Assembly: GCA_965207885.1 (NCBI GenBank)
Contig: OZ242311.1
Coordinates: forward strand, 5,312,001 to 5,376,000
Direction of reading: 5' to 3'
Source of the DNA: Candidatus Latescibacterota bacterium
GTDB taxonomy: Bacteria > Latescibacterota > UBA2968
DNA length: 64,000 bases
The stretch's first letter is position 1. The number at the start of each line of letters is the position of its first letter. Below the pieces are notes generated by a model that saw nothing but the letters and a program-made list of their open reading frames with translations, did no database searches and had not been told where the DNA came from. The position numbers and the translations under genes are program-made. Positions 42,498-53,257 of this stretch are shown piece after piece.

Positions 42498-43346
42498 TCA
42501 GGGAAAACGACCAGCGTGTTGATAGACGCGGTCTCCGTGTGCCATAAGCATCTCATTCTCTTCTGGCGCAGGTGCCCGCCAATCATCCAACAGTGAAAAA
42601 TCGTGCTCAAGCTCCGCCCGGTCGTTGGGCGCTGCAATCGCAATGGCGACAGAAGGATAGGCCAGTGCAAAGCGGTACCACTCTCTTGCAGGTGGCGGTA
42701 TAAAATCGGGTGGATCATCCGGGGTGGGCTTCATCAAAGCACCCCAGCGCAGACAGGTATAAACAACCACCGGAATACTGATCGGATCGGTCAACGGGAA
42801 CACATCCTCTTCTGCACCACGGTGGGCGGCATTGTACCGGAGCATAAGCATATCCAGAGGGCGGGACTCAACCTGTTCAGGCGCGCGAAGTTCACCCATA
42901 GCAATGCGCGCGGCCATATTGCGCTGGTGGCTGGTAAGCCCGAGAAAGCGCACCTTCCCCTGCCCTTGGGCGCGAGCCATAGCTTCATAAGCGCCCCCTT
43001 CAGACGCGATATCGCACCATTCGCCCTCGCTCTCCACATAGTAAAAAGTCACAACATCTATATAATCGGTATTCAGCTCACACAACGCATCTTCAAGCTC
43101 TCGTTCCGCACCTGAAGCAGTACGGGACTTAAGCTGCCATGCCAGTACAATCTCCTCCCGCTCCACCCCCATACCCGCAACAGCGCTACTCAAACCATCG
43201 GGACGACCGCACCAATTGAGATAATTGACACCGCGCTCAACTGCATAACGGACATCGGCAGGGGACAAATGCGTATTGCCCCTTGTAGCCAGACCCAGGC
43301 GACAAAGAGGCGGAGTATTCTGATCAAATTGAAAAGTACGTCGCAT
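42498..43346 (-). CDS. aldo/keto reductase family protein
   Basis: LNTDYIDV, GKVRFLGLTSH, RYNAAHRG. GGAGG RBS before ATG 43346. Confidence 0.8.
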   Translation of the reverse strand: MRRTFQFDQNTPPLCRLGLATRGNTHLSPADVRYAVERGVNYLNWCGRPDGLSSAVAGMGVEREEIVLAWQLKSRTASGAERELEDALCELNTDYIDVVTFYYVESEGEWCDIASEGGAYEAMARAQGQGKVRFLGLTSHQRNMAARIAMGELRAPEQVESRPLDMLMLRYNAAHRGAEEDVFPLTDPISIPVVVYTCLRWGALMKPTPDDPPDFIPPPAREWYRFALAYPSVAIAIAAPNDRAELEHDFSLLDDWRAPAPEENEMLMAHGDRVYQHAGRFP

Positions 43347-43378
43347 GAATTCCTCCCGAAACTGTTTAACACAATTTC

Positions 43379-44576
43379 CATAGTACACGACAAAAAATAA
43401 AAGACCTGTGAAAAAAGCTAAAAAGAGTTAGGTTTGAATGTCCCAAGACAAACCTTTCTCATCTTAACAAGGCACAGGTCTATGTCTCCTGAAACTATTG
43501 AACTTCAAACGATTATGCAAGGATATTTTCACTGGCATAAAGCCCGAATAACGTTTACCGCTGCGTTCATATTGTCGCTGATAAAATTGCGTAGCGTCAA
43601 TTTTATGAAACTGGCAAACGCACTCAATGGAACCGTCAAGCAGAAATCTAATTATCGTCGTATCCAACGCTTCTTTGCCCACTTTGCCTTACCCTATGCG
43701 TGTGTGAGACAATTGATCTTGCACTTATTACCTATAAAGTCGGATTTTATAGTCTCAATAGATCGCACCAATTGGAAGTTGGGAAAATTCAATATCAACA
43801 TCCTAACCGCAGGCATTATCTATGAAGGGGTCGCCTTTCCTATCTGTTGGCACTTGTTAAAAAAACGGGGCAATTCCAATAGTGATGAGCGTATCCATTT
43901 GATGCAAGAAATGCTCAACTGCATCTGCAAATCGCATATCCGCGTTGTCGTCGCAGACAGAGAATTTATTGGAAGAGAATGGTTTAGGTGGTTAGACACA
44001 CAAAATATACCCTTTGTTATTCGCATCAAGGAAAACGCTCTTGTCTCATCAGGCGGTAGAGAGATCCCCATAAGAAAACGGTTTGAAAATCTTAATATCC
44101 ATCAGCAGGTCAACTTGTGCAAACGCCACCGCGTTTATGACCTGCCTGTATATCTGTCTGCACTAAGATTGAAGGACCAATACCTCATTCTTGCCAGCAA
44201 CCAAAAAGGTCAAGCCGCATTGGATACCTATAAAAAACGATGGGGCATTGAAGTCCTTTTTGCCAATCTTAAAAGTCGAGGATTTAATCTGGAAGAGACC
44301 CATCTTATACATCAAGACCGCATTGAGAAACTCATCGCGCTTTTGGCCATTGCCTGCATCTGGGCGCATATCATCGGCGAATGGATAGCAAAAACAAATC
44401 CTTTGACGATCAAAAATCACGGGCGGATGGAGAAAAGTCTCTTCCGATATGGGTTGGACTATTTGCAGTATGTCCTGCTCAATATAAACCAACAAACCCA
44501 ACAGTTCCTCATATGCATTCGTTTACTGAGTAATCCGCCACTGTTTAAAACAATTTAAGTTTTGTCGTGTACCATG
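43379..44576 (+). mobile_element. IS4-family insertion sequence
   Basis: 17-bp IRs CATAGTACACGACAAAA / TTTTGTCGTGTACCATG (1 mismatch). 9-bp target duplication CACAATTTC at 43370-43378 and 44577-44585. Confidence 0.93.
43434..44558 (+). CDS. IS4 family DDE transposase
   Basis: IDRTNWK, ADREF, YKKRWGIEVLF..LK (YREK motif). Confidence 0.93.
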   Translation: MNVPRQTFLILTRHRSMSPETIELQTIMQGYFHWHKARITFTAAFILSLIKLRSVNFMKLANALNGTVKQKSNYRRIQRFFAHFALPYACVRQLILHLLPIKSDFIVSIDRTNWKLGKFNINILTAGIIYEGVAFPICWHLLKKRGNSNSDERIHLMQEMLNCICKSHIRVVVADREFIGREWFRWLDTQNIPFVIRIKENALVSSGGREIPIRKRFENLNIHQQVNLCKRHRVYDLPVYLSALRLKDQYLILASNQKGQAALDTYKKRWGIEVLFANLKSRGFNLEETHLIHQDRIEKLIALLAIACIWAHIIGEWIAKTNPLTIKNHGRMEKSLFRYGLDYLQYVLLNINQQTQQFLICIRLLSNPPLFKTI

Positions 44577-44715
44577 CACAATTTCATAAACAAAAATACT
44601 GCACATATGTATAGTTTTAATTTTGGGAAATGTCAAGGGCAAACACATAGATTTTAGCGATGTATTGACATCGGGCGTAAGATAGCTATAATCATGTCCA
44701 AATTTGACATAATTC

Positions 44716-45969
44716 TTGCGAACAGGAATCATATTGACCAAACACAATCCCTATGAAGCATTTCACATCAGGGAATTTCGGTTATACGCACTGGGCTGGT
44801 TTGTCGCATTAGTCGGCACGCAAATTCAGAGCGCCGCCATAGGATGGGAAATGTACGCGCGCACCGGGCAGGCACTCGCGCTCGGCCTGGTGGGTCTGGC
44901 AATCGCATTGCCCACAATGATCCTCGCACTCCCCGCGGGATATCTCGCCGACCGCTTTAACCGACGCACAGTCATGATGTTGAGCTTAACGGGCACAACA
45001 TTAACCTCTCTGGGCCTTGCCGCAGTATCGTGGAAACAGGGACCAATTGCCCTGATGTACGCCATACTCGTCGTCGATGCCGCAATAACCGTACTCGGCG
45101 CCCCAGCACGGCGGGCAATTGTACCCCAATTGGTACCCCGCGGGATATTTCCCAATGCCGTGGCATGGAGCATGAGCTTGATGCAAATGGCGTGGGTAGT
45201 GGGACCCATGATCGGGGGCTTGATCGCAGCAGTCTATGTACCTGCAGCGTACCTTGCAAGTGCCGGATGTACGGGATGGTTCTTGTTGATATTGTCCCGA
45301 TTGCGCGTACCGCCCGTAGAACGCGATAAAAATGCAGCGCGAATTTCACCACTACAAAATCTGATGGGCGGACTGGTGTTTCTGAAGAACAATCAATTGC
45401 TATTGTCGCTCATGGCACTGGACATGTTTGCCGTGCTCCTGGGCGGAGCCGTGTATTTATTGCCGATATACGCGCAGGATATATTGAAGGTAGGCTCAGA
45501 GGGATTTGGAATATTGCGCTCAGCACCTGCGGTGGGTGCCCTGATAATGGCACTCACGCTGGCACACTTGCCCCCGATGAAAAAAGCCGGCAGAAATCTG
45601 CTCCTCACCGTAGCTGGCTTTGGCGTGGCAACCATAGTATTCGGAATATCGGAAAACTTTTGGTTGTCATTTGCGATGCTCGTATTAACCGGGGCATTTG
45701 ACAACGTGAGCATGGTCATTCGTCACACACTCGTACAGTTAATCACCCCCGATGCAATGCGCGGCAGAGTATCGGCTGTAAACGGAGTATTTGTAAGCGC
45801 GTCAAATGAACTGGGTGGTCTCGAATCTGGAGGCGTGGCGGAATTGTATGGACCTGTATTCTCAGTCGTAAGCGGCGGCATCGGAACACTTTTGGTCACA
45901 GGCATAACAGCAATAGCTTCCCCGAAGCTCAGAAAAGTAGGCGCACTGGATGAAGTGGAAGAGGGATAG
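44716..45969 (+). CDS. MFS transporter (EntS/MFS_3-like)
   Basis: GYLADRFNRR motif A, about 12 TM segments, TPDAMRGRV. Confidence 0.88.
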   Translation: MRTGIILTKHNPYEAFHIREFRLYALGWFVALVGTQIQSAAIGWEMYARTGQALALGLVGLAIALPTMILALPAGYLADRFNRRTVMMLSLTGTTLTSLGLAAVSWKQGPIALMYAILVVDAAITVLGAPARRAIVPQLVPRGIFPNAVAWSMSLMQMAWVVGPMIGGLIAAVYVPAAYLASAGCTGWFLLILSRLRVPPVERDKNAARISPLQNLMGGLVFLKNNQLLLSLMALDMFAVLLGGAVYLLPIYAQDILKVGSEGFGILRSAPAVGALIMALTLAHLPPMKKAGRNLLLTVAGFGVATIVFGISENFWLSFAMLVLTGAFDNVSMVIRHTLVQLITPDAMRGRVSAVNGVFVSASNELGGLESGGVAELYGPVFSVVSGGIGTLLVTGITAIASPKLRKVGALDEVEEG

Positions 45970-46014
45970 GATAGCAGGAGGGATACTGATCAGACCTGGA
46001 CCGCAACCTGTGAT

Positions 46015-46953
46015 CTAATGCCGCTTGATAACAACATAACTGATATCATCATCGGGTGTATTAAACGCGATGAGGTCCTCTTTAATCGCGTAGAAAATTT
46101 CTTTGGCGGTCAGATCTTTGATCTCGTGAAGTTTTTGTTCCAGATAATGCGGCGCGTAAAACTCGCCATTTCGGTGGTGTTCAACCAGACCATCGGTAAA
46201 AAGAATAAGAATATCGCCCGTGCCCATCAAATCCCATTCATTAAGTTGGTATTCTTCCTTAAAACCGAGCACACTCTCATTGATATTGCGATCGATATCG
46301 CGTCCCGAGGGAAGCGTACCAATGGGCGGAGAGGCAATCATTCTATCTTCGGACACATCGACAATACCTTTGTACTTGCGCGAATACACCAGCGGCATGG
46401 GATGTCCGGCCGACAGAAACTGGAAATGCCCTTCCTGAGATATCTCCCCGTAAATCATCGTAATAAATTTACTGAGACTCGACGAATTGTAAAACCGCGT
46501 ATTGAGATTTTCAAACAACTTAGCCGTGATATTGCCGTAATAATCCATCTCGTAAAGCGCACCCAGCAAAAAAGCCTGATGGAGCATCGCGGCGAGAAGC
46601 GCGTCCGTGATCTGATGCCCCGAAACATCGGCCACTGCCACACCCGCCTTAAAGCGACATTCCTCCAACTTTTTGACAACATAATCCTGCCCGCGGTCGC
46701 GGGCTTTTCTTATGCGGGCATTGAGATCATAGCGCTTCTTAAAATCGACATACACAATATGATCGCCACCCACAATGCCATTGAGCGGAATAGTCTCGCC
46801 GTAAATATCAACCCCATCGAGCGCGGGTATTTCCCCCGGTAATGGTGTGACGTAGCGGGCAATATCCTGAAAATTATTCAACTCTCCCATGAGCATCTTC
46901 ATGGAGTCATTAACTTGCTGGAGACCCGTTTCGTCTATCTCATCAAAAGCCAT
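46015..46953 (-). CDS. PP2C-type (SpoIIE/RsbU-like) phosphatase
   Basis: VGGD, ADVSGH, SAGHP, FTDGL.E, DDIS. Confidence 0.87.
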   Translation of the reverse strand: MAFDEIDETGLQQVNDSMKMLMGELNNFQDIARYVTPLPGEIPALDGVDIYGETIPLNGIVGGDHIVYVDFKKRYDLNARIRKARDRGQDYVVKKLEECRFKAGVAVADVSGHQITDALLAAMLHQAFLLGALYEMDYYGNITAKLFENLNTRFYNSSSLSKFITMIYGEISQEGHFQFLSAGHPMPLVYSRKYKGIVDVSEDRMIASPPIGTLPSGRDIDRNINESVLGFKEEYQLNEWDLMGTGDILILFTDGLVEHHRNGEFYAPHYLEQKLHEIKDLTAKEIFYAIKEDLIAFNTPDDDISYVVIKRH

Positions 46954-47047
46954 AGAATTTTTATCACCTGTCTAAATATTAACCCGGCATCTGAACAGCC
47001 TCTAACCAAACGCAACGTTTCAAAAGTAACCATTTGTCGATCTCAAA

Positions 47048-49243
47048 TCAAGTCAGGCAATCCTCATCCGACAAAATCTTGTACGACGACATAAAAGGCA
47101 CGTAAAAAGAAGCAAACGATTTGGGACCTGAGCCATCAAAAAGCACAGTATCCCCAACGAGATCTTTGACAATGCGCTTGCCACTGCGGCTACCACTCGG
47201 ACGCATGGATTTCATCATGCGCGCCGCCTGTTCCAAAAAGCGTTTATCGCCCGAGTGCTCATAAGCATGACACAGCGCTTCCATTTCTCGGGGACCACCT
47301 GCGCGCCGCTGGAGACTGGGCAATTCCTTGTAAAAAAAGCGACCATCGGGCATCACACAGTGATCGAGTAAATCGCCCATCTCCGCCACAATAAGTGGCG
47401 GAATGCGACCATCTCCCGTCGCGGTATAATACCGGTGCAACGCATTGATCGCTATAGAAATCATAAAAGGAACGCGCACCAGCGTATGCGCGGTATAAGG
47501 CGCGAGAAAAGCCCCCCATTTTTCCTTCCACGCAATAAATTGCTCGGCAATACTGCGACACGCATCGAGGTATTTTTCTTCCCTCGTCTCAATGTACACA
47601 GCAATCAGACCGCGCATCGCCCAGCCAGTCTCGCGGGCTTGCTGCCCTCCGGCGCGGGCAAATTTGGGCGAATCGAGATGGCGGATCATATTATCCGCAA
47701 TAGAAACCGCCTTTTCGCGAGCCTCCCGTTTACCGGTCATGTGATAATAATCCAGCAACCCCTCGGTCCACTCGTGCGAAGGTGTTACACCGCCCGTCAC
47801 ATGCCCCGCCGTGTGAATGGGTTGTCCACCCACCTTGAGTGGATCGTCGCTGTAATGGCAAAAATCCACATCAATCCAGTGTTGTGCAGCCACACACGCG
47901 GCATCTCTAAACCGGCGCTCACCCGTCTTCGCATAGAGCAAAAACATCGCATGTGGAAAATCGTATTCATTATTGGTCCACACCAATTCCCCTTTGCCGC
48001 GCCCCTGCTGAGTGTACCCGTGATCCGGACCATCGCCCCAATGCATCATCCCAAGCCCCTGATTGCGCCCATCGGCCATATTGATAATACTGGCTTCAAT
48101 ATCCCAATTTTTATTCGAGGGAAAGAGATTCTCCCAAACATTGGCTTCGCGATACCACGACTCGGGCAAAATACCGATATCCGGATATTGAAATTGGAGC
48201 GATTGCACAATAACATCGTCCAGAGACATAGCAGAAGTGTGAAAATAAAATTGCATGCGATGGGTTTTCGCCACGCCCTGCAAAACCTTGACGGGATCCT
48301 GACTCGCGGGATAAATATCCAGATCAATGCCATCTTCGCCAACTGCAATCCCCTTGGGAAAATTCTGATGCGCTTGAAAAGGCGTAATACAAACGCCCTT
48401 TTCAGCATCGCACCAGTCTGCCCAGAAATCCCCGTAAAACGTATCAAGCACGTGTTCAACAGACTGAAAAACAATCGTCTCAGCATCCAGAAGACGCGCA
48501 TTTGCCCCCTCTGTAAGATCGGTGCGATAATAATCCTCTCCAGTAGCGCATCGCACATCGCCCGCACCCAATGCCGCGAACTTCAGCGCAATCTCTGCCA
48601 CATCAACACTCGCCACCTTCTCTCGATTGATAAACTGATAATCCAGGCGAAGAAAAGGTTTTCCCGCCCATGCCTCAATGAGAACGCGCATATCGAACAA
48701 TGTCCCCACATCGCCAACGTGCTCACCCGCACACTCAACCAGACTCCGCACGGGACCTGACTCCAGAACAGTAATGGTATCGATATTGGCGAAATACGAT
48801 CCACCTTCTGCACCAGCTATACCAAAAGAAGCATTTGCACCAAACCATTCAATATCATTTACGCGAATCGCCTTAAAAAGATCTGTCCCAAGCCCAACAT
48901 CAACAGAAAGAACACCCGTATCAATAGTATAGAAACCTCCCCCTTGCGTCACCGTAGTCCTCTCATCGGGATCAGGCGAAGCAATACTGCCATCAGTGGC
49001 AAAAGCGAGATCGTGTGCGCGGTTGCCGGGAAGATCAGCCAGAAAATGCGCCATAAGCCACTTAATCGACCCGTCGTCCCAGCGCGCTGTAACATCGGCC
49101 TGAACCGCTATATCTCTTACATCATTACAAATACCAAATTGCCCAGAGTCGGTAAGTCGCCCCTGGGCAAATGGAATACCGAGTGAAACGGGTTCGCCAA
49201 TGCGGTCGTACATCGAAAGTTTATCAAAATGAATCGTGGACAC
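47048..49243 (-). CDS. PcRGLX/YetA-like (exo-rhamnogalacturonan lyase family) protein
   Basis: GIPF..G.L, RWDDGSIKW N-terminus; NNEYD, HWIDVD, HEWTEG..DYY..TG, RETGW in the (alpha/alpha) barrel region. Confidence 0.6.
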   Translation of the reverse strand: MSTIHFDKLSMYDRIGEPVSLGIPFAQGRLTDSGQFGICNDVRDIAVQADVTARWDDGSIKWLMAHFLADLPGNRAHDLAFATDGSIASPDPDERTTVTQGGGFYTIDTGVLSVDVGLGTDLFKAIRVNDIEWFGANASFGIAGAEGGSYFANIDTITVLESGPVRSLVECAGEHVGDVGTLFDMRVLIEAWAGKPFLRLDYQFINREKVASVDVAEIALKFAALGAGDVRCATGEDYYRTDLTEGANARLLDAETIVFQSVEHVLDTFYGDFWADWCDAEKGVCITPFQAHQNFPKGIAVGEDGIDLDIYPASQDPVKVLQGVAKTHRMQFYFHTSAMSLDDVIVQSLQFQYPDIGILPESWYREANVWENLFPSNKNWDIEASIINMADGRNQGLGMMHWGDGPDHGYTQQGRGKGELVWTNNEYDFPHAMFLLYAKTGERRFRDAACVAAQHWIDVDFCHYSDDPLKVGGQPIHTAGHVTGGVTPSHEWTEGLLDYYHMTGKREAREKAVSIADNMIRHLDSPKFARAGGQQARETGWAMRGLIAVYIETREEKYLDACRSIAEQFIAWKEKWGAFLAPYTAHTLVRVPFMISIAINALHRYYTATGDGRIPPLIVAEMGDLLDHCVMPDGRFFYKELPSLQRRAGGPREMEALCHAYEHSGDKRFLEQAARMMKSMRPSGSRSGKRIVKDLVGDTVLFDGSGPKSFASFYVPFMSSYKILSDEDCLT

Positions 49244-49418
49244 AATTCCTCCCTTAAGTTCATCAAACCAATCTGCGTTTCATCGAATATATTTCAAAGC
49301 TCTCCCTCATGCAACAACGCTATAAACTTGACAGCTTGACGGAGTATGGTTTTGTCTTATATTATCGCCACGCAGTTGGATTCTATCTCCTCCACAATCC
49401 AATAGAAAGGATTATACT

Positions 49419-50051
49419 ATGTCATTGCAATTAGGCGATGTTGCCCCCGACTTTACGGCAGAAACCACGGAAGGCACCGTCAATTTTCACGAATGGCTGG
49501 GTGATGGCTGGGGCATTCTGTTCTCCCATCCCGCCGACTTTACGCCGGTATGCACCACCGAATTGGGTGCCATGGCGAATATCAAAGACGAATTTGACAA
49601 ACGCGGCGTCAAAGTCTTAGCGATCAGCGTTGATCCCCTCGAATCGCATGAAGGCTGGATTAGCGACATCAACGAAACGCAAAATGCAACCGTCAATTAT
49701 CCCATGATCGCCGACCCCGACCGCGAAGTAGCCGACCTCTACGAAATGATCCATCCCAATGCAGATAACACGCTAACCGTGCGATCGGTATTTGTAATTG
49801 GACCCGACAAAACAATCAAACTGATGCTCACCTACCCCGCATCTACGGGCCGCAACTTCGACGAAATACTGCGCGTAGTCGATTCTCTGCAATTGACAGC
49901 CAGGCACAGTTTGGCCACGCCCGTGAACTGGCGACCCGGCGAAGACGTGATTATTTCGCCTACAGTTACAGACGAAGAAGCCGACGAGCGATTCCCCGGA
50001 TACACCGCTGTAAAACCCTATTTGCGCGTCATACAGCAACCCGCTGAGTAA
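49419..50051 (+). CDS. 1-Cys peroxiredoxin (Prx6)
   Basis: FSHPADFTPVCTTE, YPASTGRNFDEILR. Confidence 0.95.
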   Translation: MSLQLGDVAPDFTAETTEGTVNFHEWLGDGWGILFSHPADFTPVCTTELGAMANIKDEFDKRGVKVLAISVDPLESHEGWISDINETQNATVNYPMIADPDREVADLYEMIHPNADNTLTVRSVFVIGPDKTIKLMLTYPASTGRNFDEILRVVDSLQLTARHSLATPVNWRPGEDVIISPTVTDEEADERFPGYTAVKPYLRVIQQPAE

Positions 50052-50104
50052 ACGACCACCCGCAAAAAGCAAAAGGTCTGTGACACTTGTCACAGACCTT
50101 TTTT
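50024..50104 (+). repeat. repeat A, copy 1 (peroxiredoxin 3' end plus terminator)
   Basis: Near-identical to 52713-52795. Confidence 0.85.
50071..50104. terminator. bidirectional intrinsic terminator
   Basis: AAAAGGTCTGTGACA-CT-TGTCACAGACCTTTT, between convergent genes. Confidence 0.85.
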
Positions 50105-50121
50105 ATTTTCACTATCCCAAT

Positions 50122-52569
50122 CTATTCATGCCGCAGTGCTTCCACCGGATTCGATACCGCCGCGCGAAGGGCGTGGAAACTCACAGTAAACAACGCAATC
50201 GCCAGGGCAACCGCACCACTCAAAACAAATATCCACCACGAAAGATCCGTGCGATAGGCAAAACCCTCCAGCCAACTTCGCATGACAAAATAGACAACCG
50301 GCCATGCAAACAGATTCGCAATCAGAACCATAATTGCAAATGTTCTGGAAATTAGCATCACTATATTTGACACACTCGCACCCAAAACCTTACGCACCCC
50401 AATCTCTTTCACGCGCTGCTCAACTGTAAATGCTGCAAGACCAAACAGCCCCATACAAGCGAGCAAAATCGCCATTCCCGAAGAGAGCAACGTCAGAGCC
50501 TGCGCCCGCTGTTCTGCAGAGTACATATATTCAAACTGCTGGTCCCACATCATATATTCAAATGGCTGATCCGCAGGGGCGAAACGCTTCCAGGTCTTTT
50601 CAAAAAAAGCGAGCGTTTCTTCCATGCCTTCGGCTTTGACGCGCACGCCCAAACTATAAAATTGCTGATGCCGAAGCGTTAGCGCAACAGGACCTATTTC
50701 TTCTTGCAACGGACCGTAGTGAAAGTCTTGCACAACACCAACCACCGTCCCCTTCCGATTCCTCTCTCGATCAACCCACTCAAAAGACTTGCCAATAGGA
50801 TCATCCCAACCGAGCCGCGCAACCGCTGTTTCATTGATGATAAAAGCTTTTGACGTATCTGTGGGAAATGCAATCGGATCAAATTTGCGCCCTTCTACCA
50901 GTTCGATCTGAAACACGTCGAGATAATCTTCATCGACCTCCAAGAGAGGCATACGCCAATCCGTGCCCTCGTGCCCCTCTGCCCGAATGGTCCGGATAAT
51001 CCCCCCACTCCAACCAACCCGCCAGCGATACGCCGTTGCTTCGAGCGCATTCGGATGGGTGAGGAATGCCTCTTTCACCGTGGCATAACGGGCAGCGAGC
51101 TTTTGCCCCGGATCCAATTTTGTTTCCTGGTCAAGAACAAATATGGGCATGAGAACCATCTGCTCCATATTAAGACCCAGATGCTTATTTTTAATATAAT
51201 CGAGTTGCTGATAGATCACTCCCGTACTCGCGAGCAAAATAATTGAAATTGCAAATTGCACCACCACCAATCCTCTTCGAATCCACTGCCCCCGAGAACC
51301 CGCGCGAAACGCTCCCTTCAGCGTTTCTGTGGGTTCATACGCCGAAAGAAAAAACGCGGGATAAACACCAGCCAACAGCCCGACGAATACGGCAATACCA
51401 ATCAAAGAAATTACAAGCAACGGATCGCTCAACAAATTCAACTCAATCTGTTTAAAGAAAAAGGCATTAAACTCGGGAAGCACCAATTTGACGGCAACAA
51501 GCGCGAGCACAAGCGCGACCAGTGCTGTGAGAACAGACTCGCCCAAAAACTGACCCATCAGTTGTGAGCGATACGCACCCGACACCTTTCGCAAACCCAC
51601 CTCGTGCGCCCTGCGAGCCGATTGCGCCGTCGTCAAATTTGTGAAATTAATACATCCAATCGCAAGCACCAGAACCGCAATAGCACCAAATTGATAAACG
51701 CGGTCAATATCGCCGTACCAATCCAGACCGTAGTCCTTCCTCGAATAGAGATAAATGCGATTGAGAGGCTGGAGATGATACGCATTTGTACGCGCGATCT
51801 CTGCCCCCATATAGCGATCGATCAACTCGGGAAATTTTGCGGACAGCGCCTTTGGATCCGCCCCTTCTCGCAGCAGAAAATACGTATTGACGGGACGCCA
51901 GCCATCGGTTGGTATCCAATCTTCCCAGGCGTACTTCGCGCCTGGGGACGTAAATCCGCCTGTTGAGAGATAATCGATTTCACCGAAGCCGAGTGTAGAA
52001 TTGCGAGGCACATCTTTTAATATTGCCGTGATGGTGCGCTCGCCTCCGTGGTGATTGCTCTCAGCGGTGATGGTCTTGCCAATCGGATCTTCGTCTCCAA
52101 ACAACCGTTTTGCCGCCGATTCTGTTATGGCGATCGCATTGGGATTGGGAAATGCAGTTTCGAGATTGCCGCGCACAAAGGGAAAATCGAAAATTTCAAA
52201 CAACTCGGGATCGGCAACACAGACACCCATCTCGAACTTTTTTTCGTCCAAACGCACATCTACGGAACTCCACGTTATCACGCGCACGGCTTTCTCTACT
52301 TCGGGAAAATCCTGCTCAAGTGCCCGCGCCAGCGCACCCGACGTTAATGGCAAATAATCTGATTGCCCTCCAGATCGGGTCTCTCGGATCACGCGATAAA
52401 TCCGATCTCCTTTTGCATGCCAACTGTCAAAACTCAACTCGTCCTGAATATAGAGCACGATCAAAAAGCACGTACTCAGACCAATGGCAAGCCCCAGAAT
52501 ATTAATTGCACTAAAGGATTTTTGCCGATTGAGATTTCTCAGTGCGATAATCAGATAATTTCTAAACAC
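50122..52569 (-). CDS. ABC transporter permease (MacB/FtsX-like)
   Basis: FRNYLIIALRNL, INFTNL, EVGLRKVSGA, QRVKEIGVRKVLGA, NPVEALRHE. GTG start after GGAGG. Confidence 0.92.
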   Translation of the reverse strand: MFRNYLIIALRNLNRQKSFSAINILGLAIGLSTCFLIVLYIQDELSFDSWHAKGDRIYRVIRETRSGGQSDYLPLTSGALARALEQDFPEVEKAVRVITWSSVDVRLDEKKFEMGVCVADPELFEIFDFPFVRGNLETAFPNPNAIAITESAAKRLFGDEDPIGKTITAESNHHGGERTITAILKDVPRNSTLGFGEIDYLSTGGFTSPGAKYAWEDWIPTDGWRPVNTYFLLREGADPKALSAKFPELIDRYMGAEIARTNAYHLQPLNRIYLYSRKDYGLDWYGDIDRVYQFGAIAVLVLAIGCINFTNLTTAQSARRAHEVGLRKVSGAYRSQLMGQFLGESVLTALVALVLALVAVKLVLPEFNAFFFKQIELNLLSDPLLVISLIGIAVFVGLLAGVYPAFFLSAYEPTETLKGAFRAGSRGQWIRRGLVVVQFAISIILLASTGVIYQQLDYIKNKHLGLNMEQMVLMPIFVLDQETKLDPGQKLAARYATVKEAFLTHPNALEATAYRWRVGWSGGIIRTIRAEGHEGTDWRMPLLEVDEDYLDVFQIELVEGRKFDPIAFPTDTSKAFIINETAVARLGWDDPIGKSFEWVDRERNRKGTVVGVVQDFHYGPLQEEIGPVALTLRHQQFYSLGVRVKAEGMEETLAFFEKTWKRFAPADQPFEYMMWDQQFEYMYSAEQRAQALTLLSSGMAILLACMGLFGLAAFTVEQRVKEIGVRKVLGASVSNIVMLISRTFAIMVLIANLFAWPVVYFVMRSWLEGFAYRTDLSWWIFVLSGAVALAIALFTVSFHALRAAVSNPVEALRHE

Positions 52570-52657
52570 AACAACCGCCTCCGAAATAAAAAATAAATGC
52601 GTCACGTACGAGTGTAGCTACGATCTTCAGAACCGTCAAGGTTTAGCATAAATTTCC

Positions 52658-52714
52658 AATTAAAAACCATCACCCATTGGACACATCTGGATCGCATATA
52701 GTTTCTCTTTCAGC
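52658..52714 (+). repeat. repeat B, copy 1
   Basis: 57-bp ungapped match to 53415-53471, about 9 mismatches by eye. Confidence 0.75.
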
Positions 52715-52795
52715 GCGTAATACAGCACCCCGCTGACTAACCGAGCCACCCGTAAAAAGCAAAAGGTCTGTGACACTCGTCACAGACCTTTTTTA
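52713..52795 (+). repeat. repeat A, copy 2 (duplicated peroxiredoxin 3' end plus terminator)
   Basis: GCGCGTAATACAGCACCCCGCTGACTAA...AAAAGGTCTGTGACACTCGTCACAGACCTTTTTT. Confidence 0.85.
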
Positions 52796-52859
52796 GTCAG
52801 AACAGATTCGATCGGGCAATGGCTCAAGTTGTGCGATTTTCTCTGCTTGTTCAGTGCGC

Positions 52860-52953
52860 ATCGCCTGCCACAAATCCCAATCCGATTGCAGGCGTTGAAA
52901 AGCGCGAAGAAGAATCCCGAGTCCACCAAAAGCGTTTTAGAACCCACGATCAT
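52860..52953 (-). pseudogene. truncated PIN/VapC-like toxin N-terminus
   Basis: MIVGSKTLLVDSGFFFALFN resembles the start of a PIN domain, overlaps the stop of the upstream gene, then degenerates. End coordinate approximate. Confidence 0.5.
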
Positions 52954-53257
52954 CAACGTACTCCGCGTATGTGCCGTAACCCGACCAGGGCGCGCTTTTG
53001 CGTCTGCCAATGATGAAACGTCCTCTTGTCTCTCCTTCTTGCATACAAATGATATATATCCGCGAGCGTTTATTCAGCAAGACTGCCTCCTCTATCTCGG
53101 TCTTGAGGGATTCAAATAAGTCTCCATCATAGCAGAACGAAAAACACGCGACGCTATTACCACACTCTTTTGCATCGTGATCGTCGAGCCAGGTGTACAG
53201 CCCTTCGTAATCACCTGTCACACCGAGATCGTAAGATATCCAAATAAAACTTTGCAT
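52937..53257 (-). CDS. hypothetical protein (WISYDL..DY..LY; possible Cas2/VapD-like ferredoxin fold)
   Basis: 106-aa ORF with AAGG RBS. The hydrophobic-YD start is reminiscent of Cas2/VapD-like proteins. Confidence 0.55.
   Translation of the reverse strand: MQSFIWISYDLGVTGDYEGLYTWLDDHDAKECGNSVACFSFCYDGDLFESLKTEIEEAVLLNKRSRIYIICMQEGETRGRFIIGRRKSAPWSGYGTYAEYVDDRGF

Noticed and set aside
47435-48760. 441-aa plus-strand ORF
   Set aside because: Antisense to the 731-aa PcRGLX-like gene, with no domain signal.
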